A stretch of DNA of 63,569 nt, taken from positions 88,208,358-88,271,926 of the forward strand of contig NC_068987.1 of NCBI RefSeq assembly GCF_001194135.2, written 5' to 3'. Under the pieces are notes generated by a model. The model worked only from the letters and a program-made list of their open reading frames with translations, did no database searches and was not told where the DNA came from. Source of the DNA: Octopus bimaculoides (taxonomy: Eukaryota). This document shows, piece by piece, positions 24,775 through 37,660 of the stretch (within the stretch, counting starts at the first letter, position 1; every line of letters starts with the position of its first letter). The position numbers and the translations under genes were made by a program.

Positions 24775-24975
24775 ATCTCTTTAGCATTCAGGTTACTCTG
24801 TGAAATGTAATGCTTATGTATTCACATAATATTAAATTAATCATAACTTTGAAATTTCGATGATGTTACTGTTTATTTTAAGATCACATTGTAGGGTAAG
24901 AGTGAAAGGCTAGATCTAACCAGTTTGAAGATAAAAGATGTCAAATATTTTGGCCAGTTTAAATACTAAAGGTAT
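24775..24975. mobile_element. Degenerate MITE-like element
   Basis: Ends CTTTAGCATT... and ...AATACTAAAG are roughly inverted. Confidence 0.45.
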
Positions 24976-25179
24976 AGATAGGAACACCAGAGCTTTGTAT
25001 TGCCCAGGGGCTTATAAAGCTGCTAAGGCTGCCCTGGTAAGGACAGCAGATGAATTTATAAAATTGAGAGAGACTTTGAGCCAGAAAAACTGGAAATGTT
25101 GATATCCAGGTGAAATTGGTCAGGAGACGGGATTTAATATACAAAAATAGACACTAATATTTTATATACAATCATATAG

Positions 25180-25368
25180 GTGCAGGAGTGGCTGTGTGGT
25201 AAGTAGCTTGCTTACCAACCACATGGTTCCGGGTTCAGTCCCACTGCGTGGCACCTTGGGCAAGTCTACTACTATAGCCTCGGGCCGACCAAAGCCTTGT
25301 GAGTGGATTTGGTAGACGGAAACTGAAAGAAGTATACATACATACATATACACACATATCATCATCGA

Positions 25369-25403
<35 letters not shown>

Positions 25404-25615
25404 ATATGTTTGTGTGTGTGTTCCTCCCCAACATCGCTTGACAACCGATGCTGATGTGTTTACGTCCCCGTAACTTAGCGGTTCGGCAAAGGTGCCGATA
25501 GAATAAGTACTAGGCTTACAAATAATAAGTCCTGGGGCTCGATTTGCTCGACTAAAGGCGGTGCTCCAGCATGGCCGCAGTCAAAATGACTGAAAGAAGT
25601 AAAAGAATAAAAAAG
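25180..25615 (+). mobile_element. Well-preserved tRNA-derived SINE family B with an internal (TA)/(TG) microsatellite
   Basis: A box TGGCTGTGTGG, B box GGTTCAGTCC; ~95% similar by eye to 32061-32420. Confidence 0.92.
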
Positions 25616-28448
25616 AATCAAGGCAGTGAGCTGTCTGAACCGTTTGCTTACCAAACAAGATTCTTAGATTCTTTGTCTGTATATTCTGAGTTCATATTCT
25701 TCTGAGGTTGACTTTGCCTTTCATCCTGGTACAATAAAATAAGTACCAGTTGAACACTGGGTGTGATGTAATCAACTTAACCGCCCCCACCCCAGAAATT
25801 GCTGGCCTTGTAACCAAATTTGAAACCATTAAGGTGGTGGAGCTGGCAAGAAAAGTGGAGCATACCAGACAAAATGTCCCTTCCTCTCAAAGATTGCTGG
25901 CCTTAAATCCTGCAACAGACTTGTGTTCTGTTCAGTGGGATAATGTTATGATTTTCGTCTCTTATATGCCATGGGAACAGGGAGGGGAACTGGCCCTACG
26001 AGTCCTAGGGCTTAAAAAAAAAAAAATTAATGCATAGAAATAGCAAAAGTAGAAGTTGACAGAACGTCAAGATGTGGCAGTGTGTGGGTGCAGTGAAATT
26101 AATATGTTAATTGAATTGGTAAGGTAAAGTAAAGTAAATTTGTGGGACATTTGATCTGCTAGCCTGAACGAAATATCTGCCACCAGCTGGTTTATTTGAT
26201 GACGCAAAGACTGTCAACGTCTTCACGTAGTAAGGGAGGTAAGTCACATATAACATTCAAGTTGAGAATCTAGATTAAGATATTTTAAAAATCTAATATT
26301 TAAAAAAAAAAACAGTAGATCTTTTCTTTTTAAAGATTTTGTTTGTCTTCAACACTAATTACCAATTCTATTTCATTACAAAAAAAAAAAAAAGAAAAGA
26401 AGAAATGTATTGCTGATATTCTGAAAAATTTAGAATCCCTCCTACTTAATAAATATTTTTTTCCAAAATTATATTTGATTCTATCGAAATGATAATAATG
26501 ACAAATTTATTTATTAAAAAGAAAAAAAAGAATCAGAAGAATAAAATTAATTTAACCAGAAGCCGAATGAAATGTCCTGTAATTAATGGCGGTGCCCCAG
26601 CATGGCCACAACCTCTAGCTGAAACCGATTTAAAAAAAGTTCCATAATATCAAATTTATGAATAAATTTAAAAAAGAAAATATTCTTTGAGCCTCATGAT
26701 TAAACAGGAAATAATCTTTTAAAAAAATTGAGAAAATATGTAGAAAAACTAATAATGTGTGTTAATAAAAATTTTTAAATAGTTTTATTATTAGACACAT
26801 GCTCATACGCATACACATGGGGAAATTAAAAGAAATCTGATAAAACCTCATCTAATATATAAAATAGTCTTGCTATAAAAAGAAACTCAAATGTTGAGGT
26901 TTATTGTATTCTCAAGGTCATTTTGTTGCTCAGAAAGTATTAGTCTTGGAAATTGGGTCGCAGAGATTTGACTGGTCGACCATGGTTTTTTATCTCTACC
27001 CACTACAAACCACCCGCAAAGAATGTGAATATTGTTCAAAACAGCAGCTATATAACAAATAATAAATAAACATGTATCTATTTAGACATATTTATGATAG
27101 AGGAAGACCTCCATCAGTCAAGGTCTCTGTTCGTTTCTGGAGCTTATTTGCATATTCGTTATGACGTAAGAGATATGATGATGTTACCTAGAATACTTTC
27201 GTGAATGCTTGGCTTTCTTTTTTGGGGGAAAATTATGGAATTATTTTCATTAAGTAACTCTAATCGCATTAGAATCAAAAGAAAGAGAAAGCAAATGCAA
27301 TAACTAAAAAAAACAACAAAATCAAAGTAAATAAATAAAAAAAACTTTATTTCGCTGATTCACTTTTCGGAAAATCAAGGTCGATTTTTTATTCCGTCGA
27401 ATAAATAATTTTATTTATATAAAATTGAAACTAAATTTATTTTAAAATGTGGAAAAAAACTTAATTTATTGTTTTAGTGGCAGTTCCACAAAATTAAATG
27501 GTTTAATTCTAAAATAATAAAGTAATTTATTTAGTGGAAATTTAAATATAAATTTTCCCAAGATCCCTTGCACAACGGTCAGCTACGTTAATATAAACTT
27601 ACCATTGTTATATGTAAAAAAATAATGAGCTAATTTACGAAACGAAATTTCTTTGTTATAATAAGCATTGTTTGAAAATTACCACTCACTTTTTAAGTAG
27701 ATGATTTCAGAACATTTTAAATATTTGTTAAATATAATTTATTCAATTTAAATTTACTTATTCCCGGACTAACTTGTATGTGATTATTGTTTATTTGTAA
27801 AAATATTTCATTTTTGTTAATACCAAGGCCGAAACGATTCTGGACCTTAAATTATTTATTGTTTCGTCGACCCGCTTTTAATTTCTCCTCCCGACTACTT
27901 AAGTTCAAAAGGACTTTTTAATTAACCAAGACTGACCACAAGCCACACAATAAAATAATAACTGCTAGCAAAATACCGTTTTGATTTAATACATGCTAAA
28001 ATATTTTTGCGTGTAGTTAATAGAAAAAAATTCTTTATAAGAGAATGTTATGAAAGATAAAAGTTTCTTATATATTAGAGAAACACAAGTGAATTACAAT
28101 ATATAAAGTTAAAATAATAAAGATAAATTGCTAACTATAGCTACATAGCTAGCGCTTATTTTCACTATGTTCGGCAAGTTCCGTAAGCTGCTGCCGATTT
28201 ATTCCGAGTATGACCAAATATGCTATTTATTCTATAAATATCAACGAAGAATTACTTTTTTTTATATAAATAAATTATATAAATTGGGAAATAAATAATA
28301 GAAATTGTATGAAGAAAAAAAATGTATAACACTTTCGTTTTCGAAAATTTAGCAGACGTTTAAAAAAAAAAAAAAATAGTCAAGTAAAAACAAAAAAAAC
28401 GTAAGAAACGTTTTGAAGTGTTAAGCTGTAATGTGAGTGACAAAGAGT

Positions 28449-28498
28449 CCGGCGCAAGTGGAAAGCGCCGGTATATATGATCAGCCTGTTAGGTAAGT
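28449..28498 (+). promoter_or_regulatory. Candidate promoter/first-exon signals: CCGGCGC inverted repeat, TATATAT, donor AG|GTAAGT
   Basis: 7-bp stem at 28449-55/28465-71; TATATAT at 28472-78; GT at 28493. Confidence 0.3.
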
Positions 28499-29355
28499 TG
28501 TTAGCTATTGGTGGTGTAAAGAAAAAAGAGGAAAAGATAAAGAATGTATCTGAGTTTGTCTATGTGAAAAGCAGTGTGGTTTAGCAGGCATCAGGAGAGA
28601 GAAAAAGGGTGATGAGAATATTCCTGTCTCCCGCTTCCATTCATAAGTACAAATGTTTATTTATGTTAACGTGCGTGCATTGCCACATAAATAGAGGTAA
28701 ACGCGGACTGTTGACTTTCAGTTTCCTTACTCTTACCCATTCTGAATGGTGAAGGTGGTAATCAACAACCAAGCGGGGCCAGAGCGACTTCTCTTTCCCC
28801 CTTTTATTTATACCTTAAATTAATTTCACCTTTTAATTACGCCAGAGCGACTCCTTGCCGCACACCCTTTATCCCAACACGTGTCTTTTCTGAGCATCTT
28901 TTGTTATATAGTGTTCANNNNNNNNNNNNNNNNNNNNNNNNNNNNNNNNNNNNNNNNNNNNNNNNNNNNNNNNNNNNNNNNNNNNNNNNNNNNNNNNNNN
29001 NNNNNNNNNNNNNNNNNNNNNNNNNNNNNNNNNNNNNNNNNNNNNNNNNNNNNNNNNNNNNNNNNNNNNNNNNNNNNNNNNNNNNNNNNNNNNNNNNNNN
29101 NNNNNNNNNNNNNNNNNNNNNNNNNNNNNNNNNNNNNNNNNNNNNNNNNNNNNNNNNNNNNNNNNNNNNNNNNNNNNNNNNNNNNNNNNNNNNNNNNNNN
29201 NNNNNNNNNNNNNNNNNNNNNNNNNNNNNNNNNNNNNNNNNNNNNNNNNNNNNNNNNNNNNNNNNNNNNNNNNNNNNNNNNNNNNNNNNNNNNNNNNNNN
29301 NNNNNNNNNNNNNNNNNNNNNNNNNNNNNNNNNNNNNNNNNNNNNNNNNNNNNNN

Positions 29356-29360
29356 TCTGT

Positions 29361-29409
<49 letters not shown>

Positions 29410-29455
29410 CATTTATCTATCTATCCGTCTGTCTGTCTATCTATCTATCTGTCCG

Positions 29456-29486
<31 letters not shown>

Positions 29487-29520
29487 GTCTGTCTGTCTAC
29501 CTATCTGTCTATCTATCTGT

Positions 29521-29554
<34 letters not shown>

Positions 29555-29571
29555 GTCTGTCTATCTGTCTG

Positions 29572-29618
<47 letters not shown>

Positions 29619-29650
29619 GTCTGTCTGTCTGTCTGTCTGTCTGTCCGTGT
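29356..29650. repeat. (CTAT/CTGT)n tetranucleotide array; similar arrays at 30635-30750 and 33095-33530
   Basis: Direct reading; source of the YLSI-repeat ORFs. Confidence 0.95.
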
Positions 29651-29971
29651 CTATACACATGCATTACTTTCACACGCACTCGCGCGCGCACTTGTCCTAC
29701 TGCTGTGTCCAATATATAACTATATAAATATTTATTTATTCTTCCTGATACAGAGACATCCATAAGATTCAGACCACGGCCTTATTGTAGACTATGGAGA
29801 ATAAATACACACAAAGAATACAAGACATCTTATTGTCTTGCGTTGATTTTACACACACACACACACACACACGCTCTTTCTCTTTTACTATTTCTTTCTC
29901 TTTCACGCACACATTCTCTCTCACACTTTCTCTCTCTCTCTGTCTCACATTCACACGCTTTCTCTCGCACA

Positions 29972-30035
<64 letters not shown>

Positions 30036-30176
30036 CTTACGCACATTGTCCCTCCCTCTCACACATACATTCACTGCTTCTTTCTCTTTCTCTTTCAGTG
30101 TCTTCTCTTTTCTCTCTATTTTCATCTTCATAAATGTATGCGTTCGTGTGTGTACTTATGTGTTTGTATGCGTGTG

Positions 30177-30212
<36 letters not shown>

Positions 30213-30505
30213 TATGTTTATTTCACTTCCTATTGTCTGGTTCTTTTCTCGTTTTCTTTATTTTTTTAATCTTCAATCTCTCTTACCCACTTTCTCGAAC
30301 TAAAAGGGGATTTTCAATTTAATAGTACATTTCCCATTAACAACTTCTTCTTCTTCTTCTTCTTCTCCCCCCTCCTCTATACTGTTTCATGTCCAGTTGT
30401 TTTCCTGTTTTCTTCTTTCTTTCTTTGTGTGAATATCTCTTTTCTGCCCCTCTCTCTTCTTTTCTTTCCTTGCTGTGGAACTTATGCGACGAAAGACGAA
30501 AGATC

Positions 30506-30549
<44 letters not shown>

Positions 30550-30887
30550 CACACACACACATATATATATATATATTCACCCACCGACAGAGCTAACTCA
30601 ATTTAGTTTTGTGAGTTGATACAATGTGTGTGTGTATCTATCTATCTATCTATTTATCTATCTATCTATTTATCTATCTAACTGTCTATTTGTCTATCTA
30701 TCTGTCTGTCTGTCTGTCTGTCTGCTTGCCTACCTGCCTGTTTGTCTGTCTATGCATAAAAGTCATACATACACTCAAATACGAGAAGCTGCTGCTCATT
30801 TATTTGTCTATAAACAATAAATAAACAGACGAATAAAGGAGTGGTGTATATACGCACATATATATATATATTTACATACATGTGTGT

Positions 30888-30927
<40 letters not shown>

Positions 30928-30960
30928 GCAATCTGTTCGGCTCCCTCCCTGACTACCTCG

Positions 30961-31015
30961 GTTACCAAGGCGACGAAATAACAGCAGCTTAAAGAGGCAA
31001 AATGAAATATAAAAG
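30961..31015 (+). promoter_or_regulatory. RFX X-box-like motif (GTTACCAAGGCGAC) followed by a TATA box (TATAAAAG)
   Basis: 30961-74 matches GTTGCCATGGCAAC at 11 of 14 positions; TATAAAAG at 31008-15; locally CpG-rich. Confidence 0.45.
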
Positions 31016-32060
31016 TACAGTCCACATCCCAAATAGTAAATTATCTTCCATTTCAAAATAATTGCTCTGTCGTTACGTTTATTATTATTTGTTTTTCTTC
31101 TTCTTCCTCTTCTTCTCATTATCGCGGTAACTAATATCATTCGTTAATGGTAAAAGTAGTCTTAGCGACAGAAGTCTGCTGCGGCCCGGTCAACTTGCCC
31201 GGACGGAACCATTTCATTTTCTTTGCCTCCCTAATAATAGTGTTTAACCCTAGGTTAGTCCTGATTCAGTAAACTCATCATGATTAAAGGTACCCTAGTT
31301 GTTACGTTCCTGACTTTGTCTCCTAGACATTGTCACTCGGACTATATCCCTGAATGCGGCTTTTTTTTTTTAAAGACATTAGTTCAGATTTGAGGGAGAT
31401 TTGTCTATGATCTAACCTCCGTCGTTGATGGAACAAACCCATATATTGTCTTTTGGCAGAGTTTTAGAACTGCTACATCTACTTCATGGAGAAGAAAAAG
31501 GACACGGAATTAAGCGCGCCCCACTTTTTTCTCTCTCCAAGTATCTTTGTGTTTCATACGGCAGGAATTCACCTTTATTTACCCCCTCCAATTCAGTGCC
31601 CTTTTCCTTCATAACTTCGCAATTGTTATGTATATGGGGAACTGTGATTTGAAGACGATTTAGCTGCTATTTCTCGCAGGCGAAGTAACAGCGAAGAGGC
31701 TCCGACGTTGGCTCCAGATTTGATTGTGAATTTTTTAGCAGGCAAAGAGAGCCTTCTCTGAAAGGGCCAGGACCTGCCAAGAGAAATTTTGCAAGGGAAC
31801 TGCTTTCGGCCTATCGGGGTAGTGGTGGTGGGGGGCTAATCTTCCCTTAAAATTTTTTTACTAGGTACTTCGTCAAACATTTCCATTTCCCTCCTTGGAT
31901 CTGCAGTCACTGGACTGATACACCGATTAAATCTCCTTTTTTTTAATACACTTACGGAAGGGCATGAATATCACAACCTTCATGTAATAAAGCCGAGACA
32001 TTGTGTCTGAGAAACACATTGGTTTGTGAAACCTTATTTTGAACATAAAAAAGAAAGAAG

Positions 32061-32420
32061 TTCACCAACCACATGGTTCCGGGTTCATTCCCACTGCGTG
32101 GCACCTTGGGCAAGTGTCTTCTACTATAGCCTCGGGCCGACCAAAGCCTTGTGAGTGGATTTGGTAGACGGAAACTGAAAGAAACCTGTCGTATATATGT
32201 ATATATATATATATATATGTTTGTGTGTCTGTCCCCCCAACATCGCTTGACAACCGATGCTGGTGGTGTGTTTGCGTCCCCGTAACTCGGCGGTTCGGTA
32301 AAGAGTGACCGATAGAATAAGTACTAGGCTTCCAAAGAATAAGTCCTGGGGTCGATTTGCTCGACTAAAGGCGGTGCTCCAGCATGGCCGCAGTCAAATG
32401 ACAAACACGTAAAAGAGTAT
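32061..32420 (+). mobile_element. SINE family B (5' end clipped)
   Basis: High similarity to 25180-25615. Confidence 0.9.
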
Positions 32421-32682
32421 AGGAGCAGGCATATCTATGTGGTTAAGAAACTTGCTCAGGAAGCAGTGGTTTCAGGTTTAGTCTCACTGTGTGGCACCTT
32501 GGTGATTTCTACAATAGCCGTAAAATAACCATTACCCGGTGAGTGAACAACAGTAGACGGAAACTGTAGAAGCTGGTCACATTTGTGGGTGTATGTCTCC
32601 CTCACCTCCACGTGACAACCAATGTTGGTTTGTTTACATCTTTGTAACTTAGCTATTTTGCAAACGAGACCGATAGAATAAA

Positions 32683-32780
32683 GGCGGAGGTAAAATAATA
32701 CGCACACCACCCGTTTTCGGCGTAACAAAAACCCTAACCCTTACCCTAAACACCGGGTTTGCGTATTCTTTACTTTCGCC
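32683..32780. mobile_element. 98-bp MITE with GGCG(A/G) TIRs, an 8-bp TSD and telomere-like core (Merlin-like)
   Basis: TIRs GGCGGAGGTAAAATAATACGCA and TGCGTATTCTTTACTTTCGCC; TSD AGAATAAA at 32675-82 and 32781-88; core AACCCTAACCCTTACCCTAA; inserted in a family B SINE. Confidence 0.85.
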
Positions 32781-33149
32781 AGAATAAATACTGGGGTTAA
32801 TTTACCAATTTTTTTTTCTACTGAATGCTTCAAGACGGTTTGTTCCAGCCTCACTGCAGTCCAGGATTGTACTTTACGAATCTTGTCTGGTATTTGGAAT
32901 AATTGTGCAAACCATTTATACTTTAGTATTTAAAAAAAAAAAAAAATTTGTGCACCTTTCCACAGAGAGAAAGAAAAAAGCACAAATGGTTAGTGTAACT
33001 TTCTAATCCGCCAGACAAAAGTCGTTGTAAAGAAAAAAGGTAATGAAAAATATACTGGGACACCTGCTGTACGAAAACTTAATGTGTGTGTATGATCTAT
33101 CTATTTACCTATCTATCTGTCTGTCTGTCCGTCTCTCTCTATCTATCAT

Positions 33150-33212
<63 letters not shown>

Positions 33213-34057
33213 GTCTGTCTGTCTGTCTAACTGTGTCTATCCGTCTCTCTCTCCATTTATCTGTCTGTCTGTCTGTCTGTCTGTCTAACTGTGTCTATCC
33301 GTCTCTCTCTCTATTTATCTGTCTGTCTGTCTGTCTAACTGTGTCTATCCGTCTCTCTCTCTATTTATCTATCTGTCTGTCTATCTAACTGTGTCTGTCT
33401 GTCTATCTAACTGTGTCTGTCTGGCTGTCTGTCTAACTCTGCCTGTCCGTCTGTCTGTCTATCTGTCTGTCTGTCCGTCCGGCCGTCTGTCTGTCTGTCT
33501 GTCTGTTTGTCTATCTGTCTGACTATCCATCCATTCGCCCACCCATAATACACACAGACACACACACACACACACACACTCACGCGCACATGTAGTTTAT
33601 AGGGTAATGTGATTATTGAAAAAAGATCCTGGTACAAGAAGCCAGTAAGCATCAAGTATGATAAGATAGCATAAAAGCAGATGATAAACGATAAAGAAAT
33701 GTTCATAATTGTTGTATGTTATACACTTTGTCCCACATTGAAATTGATGGAAATTTCAATAAGTTGACACTCACCATACAACTCTTGATTTAGCAATGAG
33801 AATTGCTAAATATGGAAATAAATTCTTATATATATATATATACGACAGGCTTCTTGCAGTTTCTGTCTACCAAATCCACTCACAAGGCTTTAGTTGGCCT
33901 GAAGCTATAGTAGAAGACACTTGCGCAAGGTGCCACGCAGTGGGACTGAACCCAGGACCATGTGGTTGGGAAGCAAGCTACTTATGACACAGTCACTCAT
34001 GTATATATATATATGTGTGTGTATATATATATGTGTGTATATATATATAGGTATGTA

Positions 34058-34091
<34 letters not shown>

Positions 34092-34379
34092 GCATATAGC
34101 ATATGCAAGGGGGATTTAAATTTGTGTGGATTGTCAGTCAGCACTCCTGCAAATAGCTGAGTATATAGAAGTGGACAGCTTTCCTTAAAGGAAATCATTC
34201 TTACAAACTGAAATTCTTTGTATATGGAATGGAAATCTTAGTATTACCAAACATTACATCCTTGGACTTTGTGTACGTGTGTCTATAAATGGCTTACACA
34301 AATAAATGGCATGAAAACAATTATGAAAGGCTGCTGAATGTGGAAATTATGTGGGGGTGGGGAATAGAAGCTAGTAATG

Positions 34380-35740
34380 CTGGTCCCAAAAGGGACCAGC
34401 TATTGAAGTGAACAATTATGTGGTCAAAACAGCCATTGAAGATGTGAAGACAAGGAAAGCAGCAGGTCCATCATGAAAAGTCCCTGAAATGCTGAAAGTA
34501 TTTGATTAAGTAGGGCTCATTTGCATTGTATCATATCCAATGATTGGCATAGCAGTATAATTATCATCTGCTACAAGGGCAAAGAAAATGGTTTGGTAGG
34601 AAGCAATTACAGAAAAATCCGACAGATGGACAACATTATGAAAATAACAGAAAGTGTATTAACACCATTGATTAGGGAAATAATCAATTTGTATGAGATA
34701 AGACTTGTATTTGTGTACCTGGTTGGATTACTGCTGGTGCTCTCTTCATAGAAAGAAACTGCAAAATAAATTTTTAGCTGAGCGTAAGCCTCTTTACTCA
34801 GCATTTGTTGATCTAGAGAAGGCTTTTGACAGGGTACCCTGATCTGTAGTCTGGTTGTCTTTCAGAGAATTAGTTGTAGATAAATGGCTTGTGAGAAATG
34901 TGCCAGCCATGTACAGAGCTGCTGTCAGCAAATTGAGAGCTGACAATATGTTCAGTAAGGAATTTAGCATGTAGGTAGATGTTCAAGGTTCAGTTCTCAG
35001 CCCTTCTTTTTAAAATCCAAGATAATTTTAAGACTGGCTGTCCATGAGAATTCCTATATGCTAATAACTTATAATAGAAGATATATGAAAGACTCAGAGA
35101 ATAAAATTTCAAATGTGGAAGCATAACCTGGAATTGAAGGGCCTCAGGGTAAACTTGGTGAAGACCAAAAATTTAAAACATAGGAAAGAAGTCAGGACTG
35201 TCTTGCTATCAAGGAAATGGTTATGCTTAGTATGCAGAAAAGGAGTTGGTAGAAAAGCCATTCTGTGTACATGGTGGGAACTATGGTTGGACAAGAGGTG
35301 CACTGGGTAATAAGAAGGTTAATAAAGAACGTGATAGATGTAGAGCTGTGGTTAGGAGCCAGAGCTTTAGTAAAATAACTATTTTTAATGTTTGGAAGGC
35401 TTTATGAAAAGTAAGTGGTAGGTTTTGTTACTAAGGTAACAATGGTCAGTTGTGGAAGAGGGTGTTCTGAATGCATAGAAACCAGAATGAAAGCAGGGTA
35501 GAAAAAGATCAGAGAACTGTTAATAAGGAGATTTTCTCTTCAACTGAATCATTGTACAATCTATCCTTCAGGTGGAGATTAGATTGTGTGCTGTTTATGA
35601 AGTGCAATGTGTGGCAGGGTAGGGAGGCTTGGGCATTGAACATGGCTGATGTGTGAATGTTGAACGGAAATGAAGCAAGCATACTCTGTTGGATGTGTAA
35701 TGTTAAGTGTGCATGATTAATGTGATACAGATTAGCTGAG
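34380..35740 (+). mobile_element. Decayed RTE-clade LINE RT region
   Basis: YKGKENGLVGSNYRK, AFVDLEKAFDRVP, VQGSVLS, LKGLRVNLVKTK, CLVCRKGVG. Confidence 0.85.
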
Positions 35741-35769
35741 AAGTCGTTGTGGCCCTCTGTTAGTTATAA

Positions 35770-36360
35770 TGATGACGAGGGTTCAAGTTGATCTGATCAA
35801 CGGAGGAGCCTGCTTCTGAAATTAACGTGTAGGTGGTTGAGCACTCCATAGACACGTGTACCCCTAACGTAGTTCTCAGAGAGATTCAGCATGACACAGA
35901 GCATGACATGGTTGGCCCCTTTGAAATACAGGTCCAACAGAAATGGGAAGAAAGAGTGAGAGAAAGTTGCATTAAATGTATTCGTGGCACTTTGTCGCTT
36001 ACGACGACGTGGGTTCCAGTTGATCCGATCAATGGAACAGCCTGCTCGTGAAATTAACGTGCAAGTGGCTGAGCACTCCACAGACACGTGTACCCTTAAC
36101 GTAGTTCTTGGGGGAGATTCAGCATGACACAGTGTAACAAGGCTGACCCTTTGAATTACAGACACAACAGAAACAGGAAGTAAGAGTGAGAGAAAGTTGT
36201 GGTGGAAGAGTACAGCAGGGTTTGCCACCATCCCCTGCCGGAGCCTCGTGGAGCTTTAGGTGTTTTCGCTCAATAAATACTCACAATGCCTGATCTGGGA
36301 ATCGAAACCGCGGTCCTATCACCGCGAGTCTGCTGCCCTAACCATTGGGCCATTGCATCT
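35770..36360 (-). mobile_element. Two tandem tRNA-derived SINE family D copies (one with a full head)
   Basis: Minus head ATGGCCCAATGG...GACTCGCGG...GGTTTCGATTCC at ~36290-36358; body duplicated. Confidence 0.9.
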
Positions 36361-36685
36361 CAAACACACACACACATATATATGTACACATGTAAATGTG
36401 TGTATGTATGTGTGTGTGTGTGTGTGATCATCGTCGTCATTTAACGTGGGCTTTTCACTGGCAACGACTATGCTTGAATGGTGCTTTTTACATGCCACCA
36501 GTACAGGGCCAGTCAGCCAGCACTGGTATCAACCATGCTCAAATGGTGCCTTTTATGTTCCACCAGCATATGGGGAGCCAGTCAGGTGGCATGGCAACGA
36601 CCATGCTTGAATGGTGCTTTTTACATGCTGTCAGCACAGGAGCCAGTCAGGCGGCACTGGCAACGGTCATGCTTGAATGTGTACA

Positions 36686-36727
<42 letters not shown>

Positions 36728-37618
36728 CAAAAGTAAATGAGTATATGCATATATACGTACAGGTATGTGCATACCGACATCCACCTGTATGTATAGGTGC
36801 ATATCTGGGTACAGGACATTGCAAACAAACGTAGACGAGAACACACGAGCCACATAGAGAACATTCTACTTCATCATATATATATATTNNNNNNNNNNNN
36901 NNNNNNNNNNNNNNNNNNNNNNNNNNNNNNNNNNNNNNNNNNNNNNNNNNNNNNNNNNNNNNNNNNNNNNNNNNNNNNNNNNNNNNNNNNNNNNNNNNNN
37001 NNNNNNNNNNNNNNNNNNNNNNNNNNNNNNNNNNNNNNNNNNNNNNNNNNNNNNNNNNNNNNNNNNNNNNNNNNNNNNNNNNNNNNNNNNNNNNNNNNNN
37101 NNNNNNNNNNNNNNNNNNNNNNNNNNNNNNNNNNNNNNNNNNNNNNNNNNNNNNNNNNNNNNNNNNNNNNNNNNNNNNNNNNNNNNNNNNNNNNNNNNNN
37201 NNNNNNNNNNNNNNNNNNNNNNNNNNNNNNNNNNNNNNNNNNNNNNNNNNNNNNNNNNNNNNNNNNNNNNNNNNNNNNNNNNNNNNNNNNNNNNNNNNNN
37301 NNNNNNNNNNNNNNNNNNNNNNNNNNNNNNNNNNNNNNNNNNNNNNNNNNNNNNNNNNNNNNNNNNNNNNNNNNNNNNNNNNNNNNNNNNNNNNNNNNNN
37401 NNNNNNNNNNNNNNNNNNNNNNNNNNNNNNNNNNNNNNNNNNNNNNNNNNNNNNNNNNNNNNNNNNNNNNNNNNNNNNNNNNNNNNNNNNNNNNNNNNNN
37501 NNNNNNNNNNNNNNNNNNNNNNNNNNNNNNNNNNNNNNNNNNNNNNNNNNNNNNNNNNNNNNNNNNNNNNNNNNNNNNNNNNNNNNNNNNNNNNNNNNNN
37601 NNNNNNNNNNNNNNNNNA

Positions 37619-37660
<42 letters not shown>

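Noticed and set aside
26921-26940. 15-nt match (TTGTTGCTCAGAAAG) to the 3' part of miR-315 as recalled
   Set aside because: The seed region differs and no complementary hairpin arm lies nearby.
32731-32749. Telomeric repeat suggesting a chromosome fusion site
   Set aside because: Only about three imperfect units, lying inside a TSD-flanked MITE.
33230-33420. ~45-50-bp higher-order units in a tetranucleotide array
   Set aside because: Ordinary slippage or unequal-crossover structure of a microsatellite.
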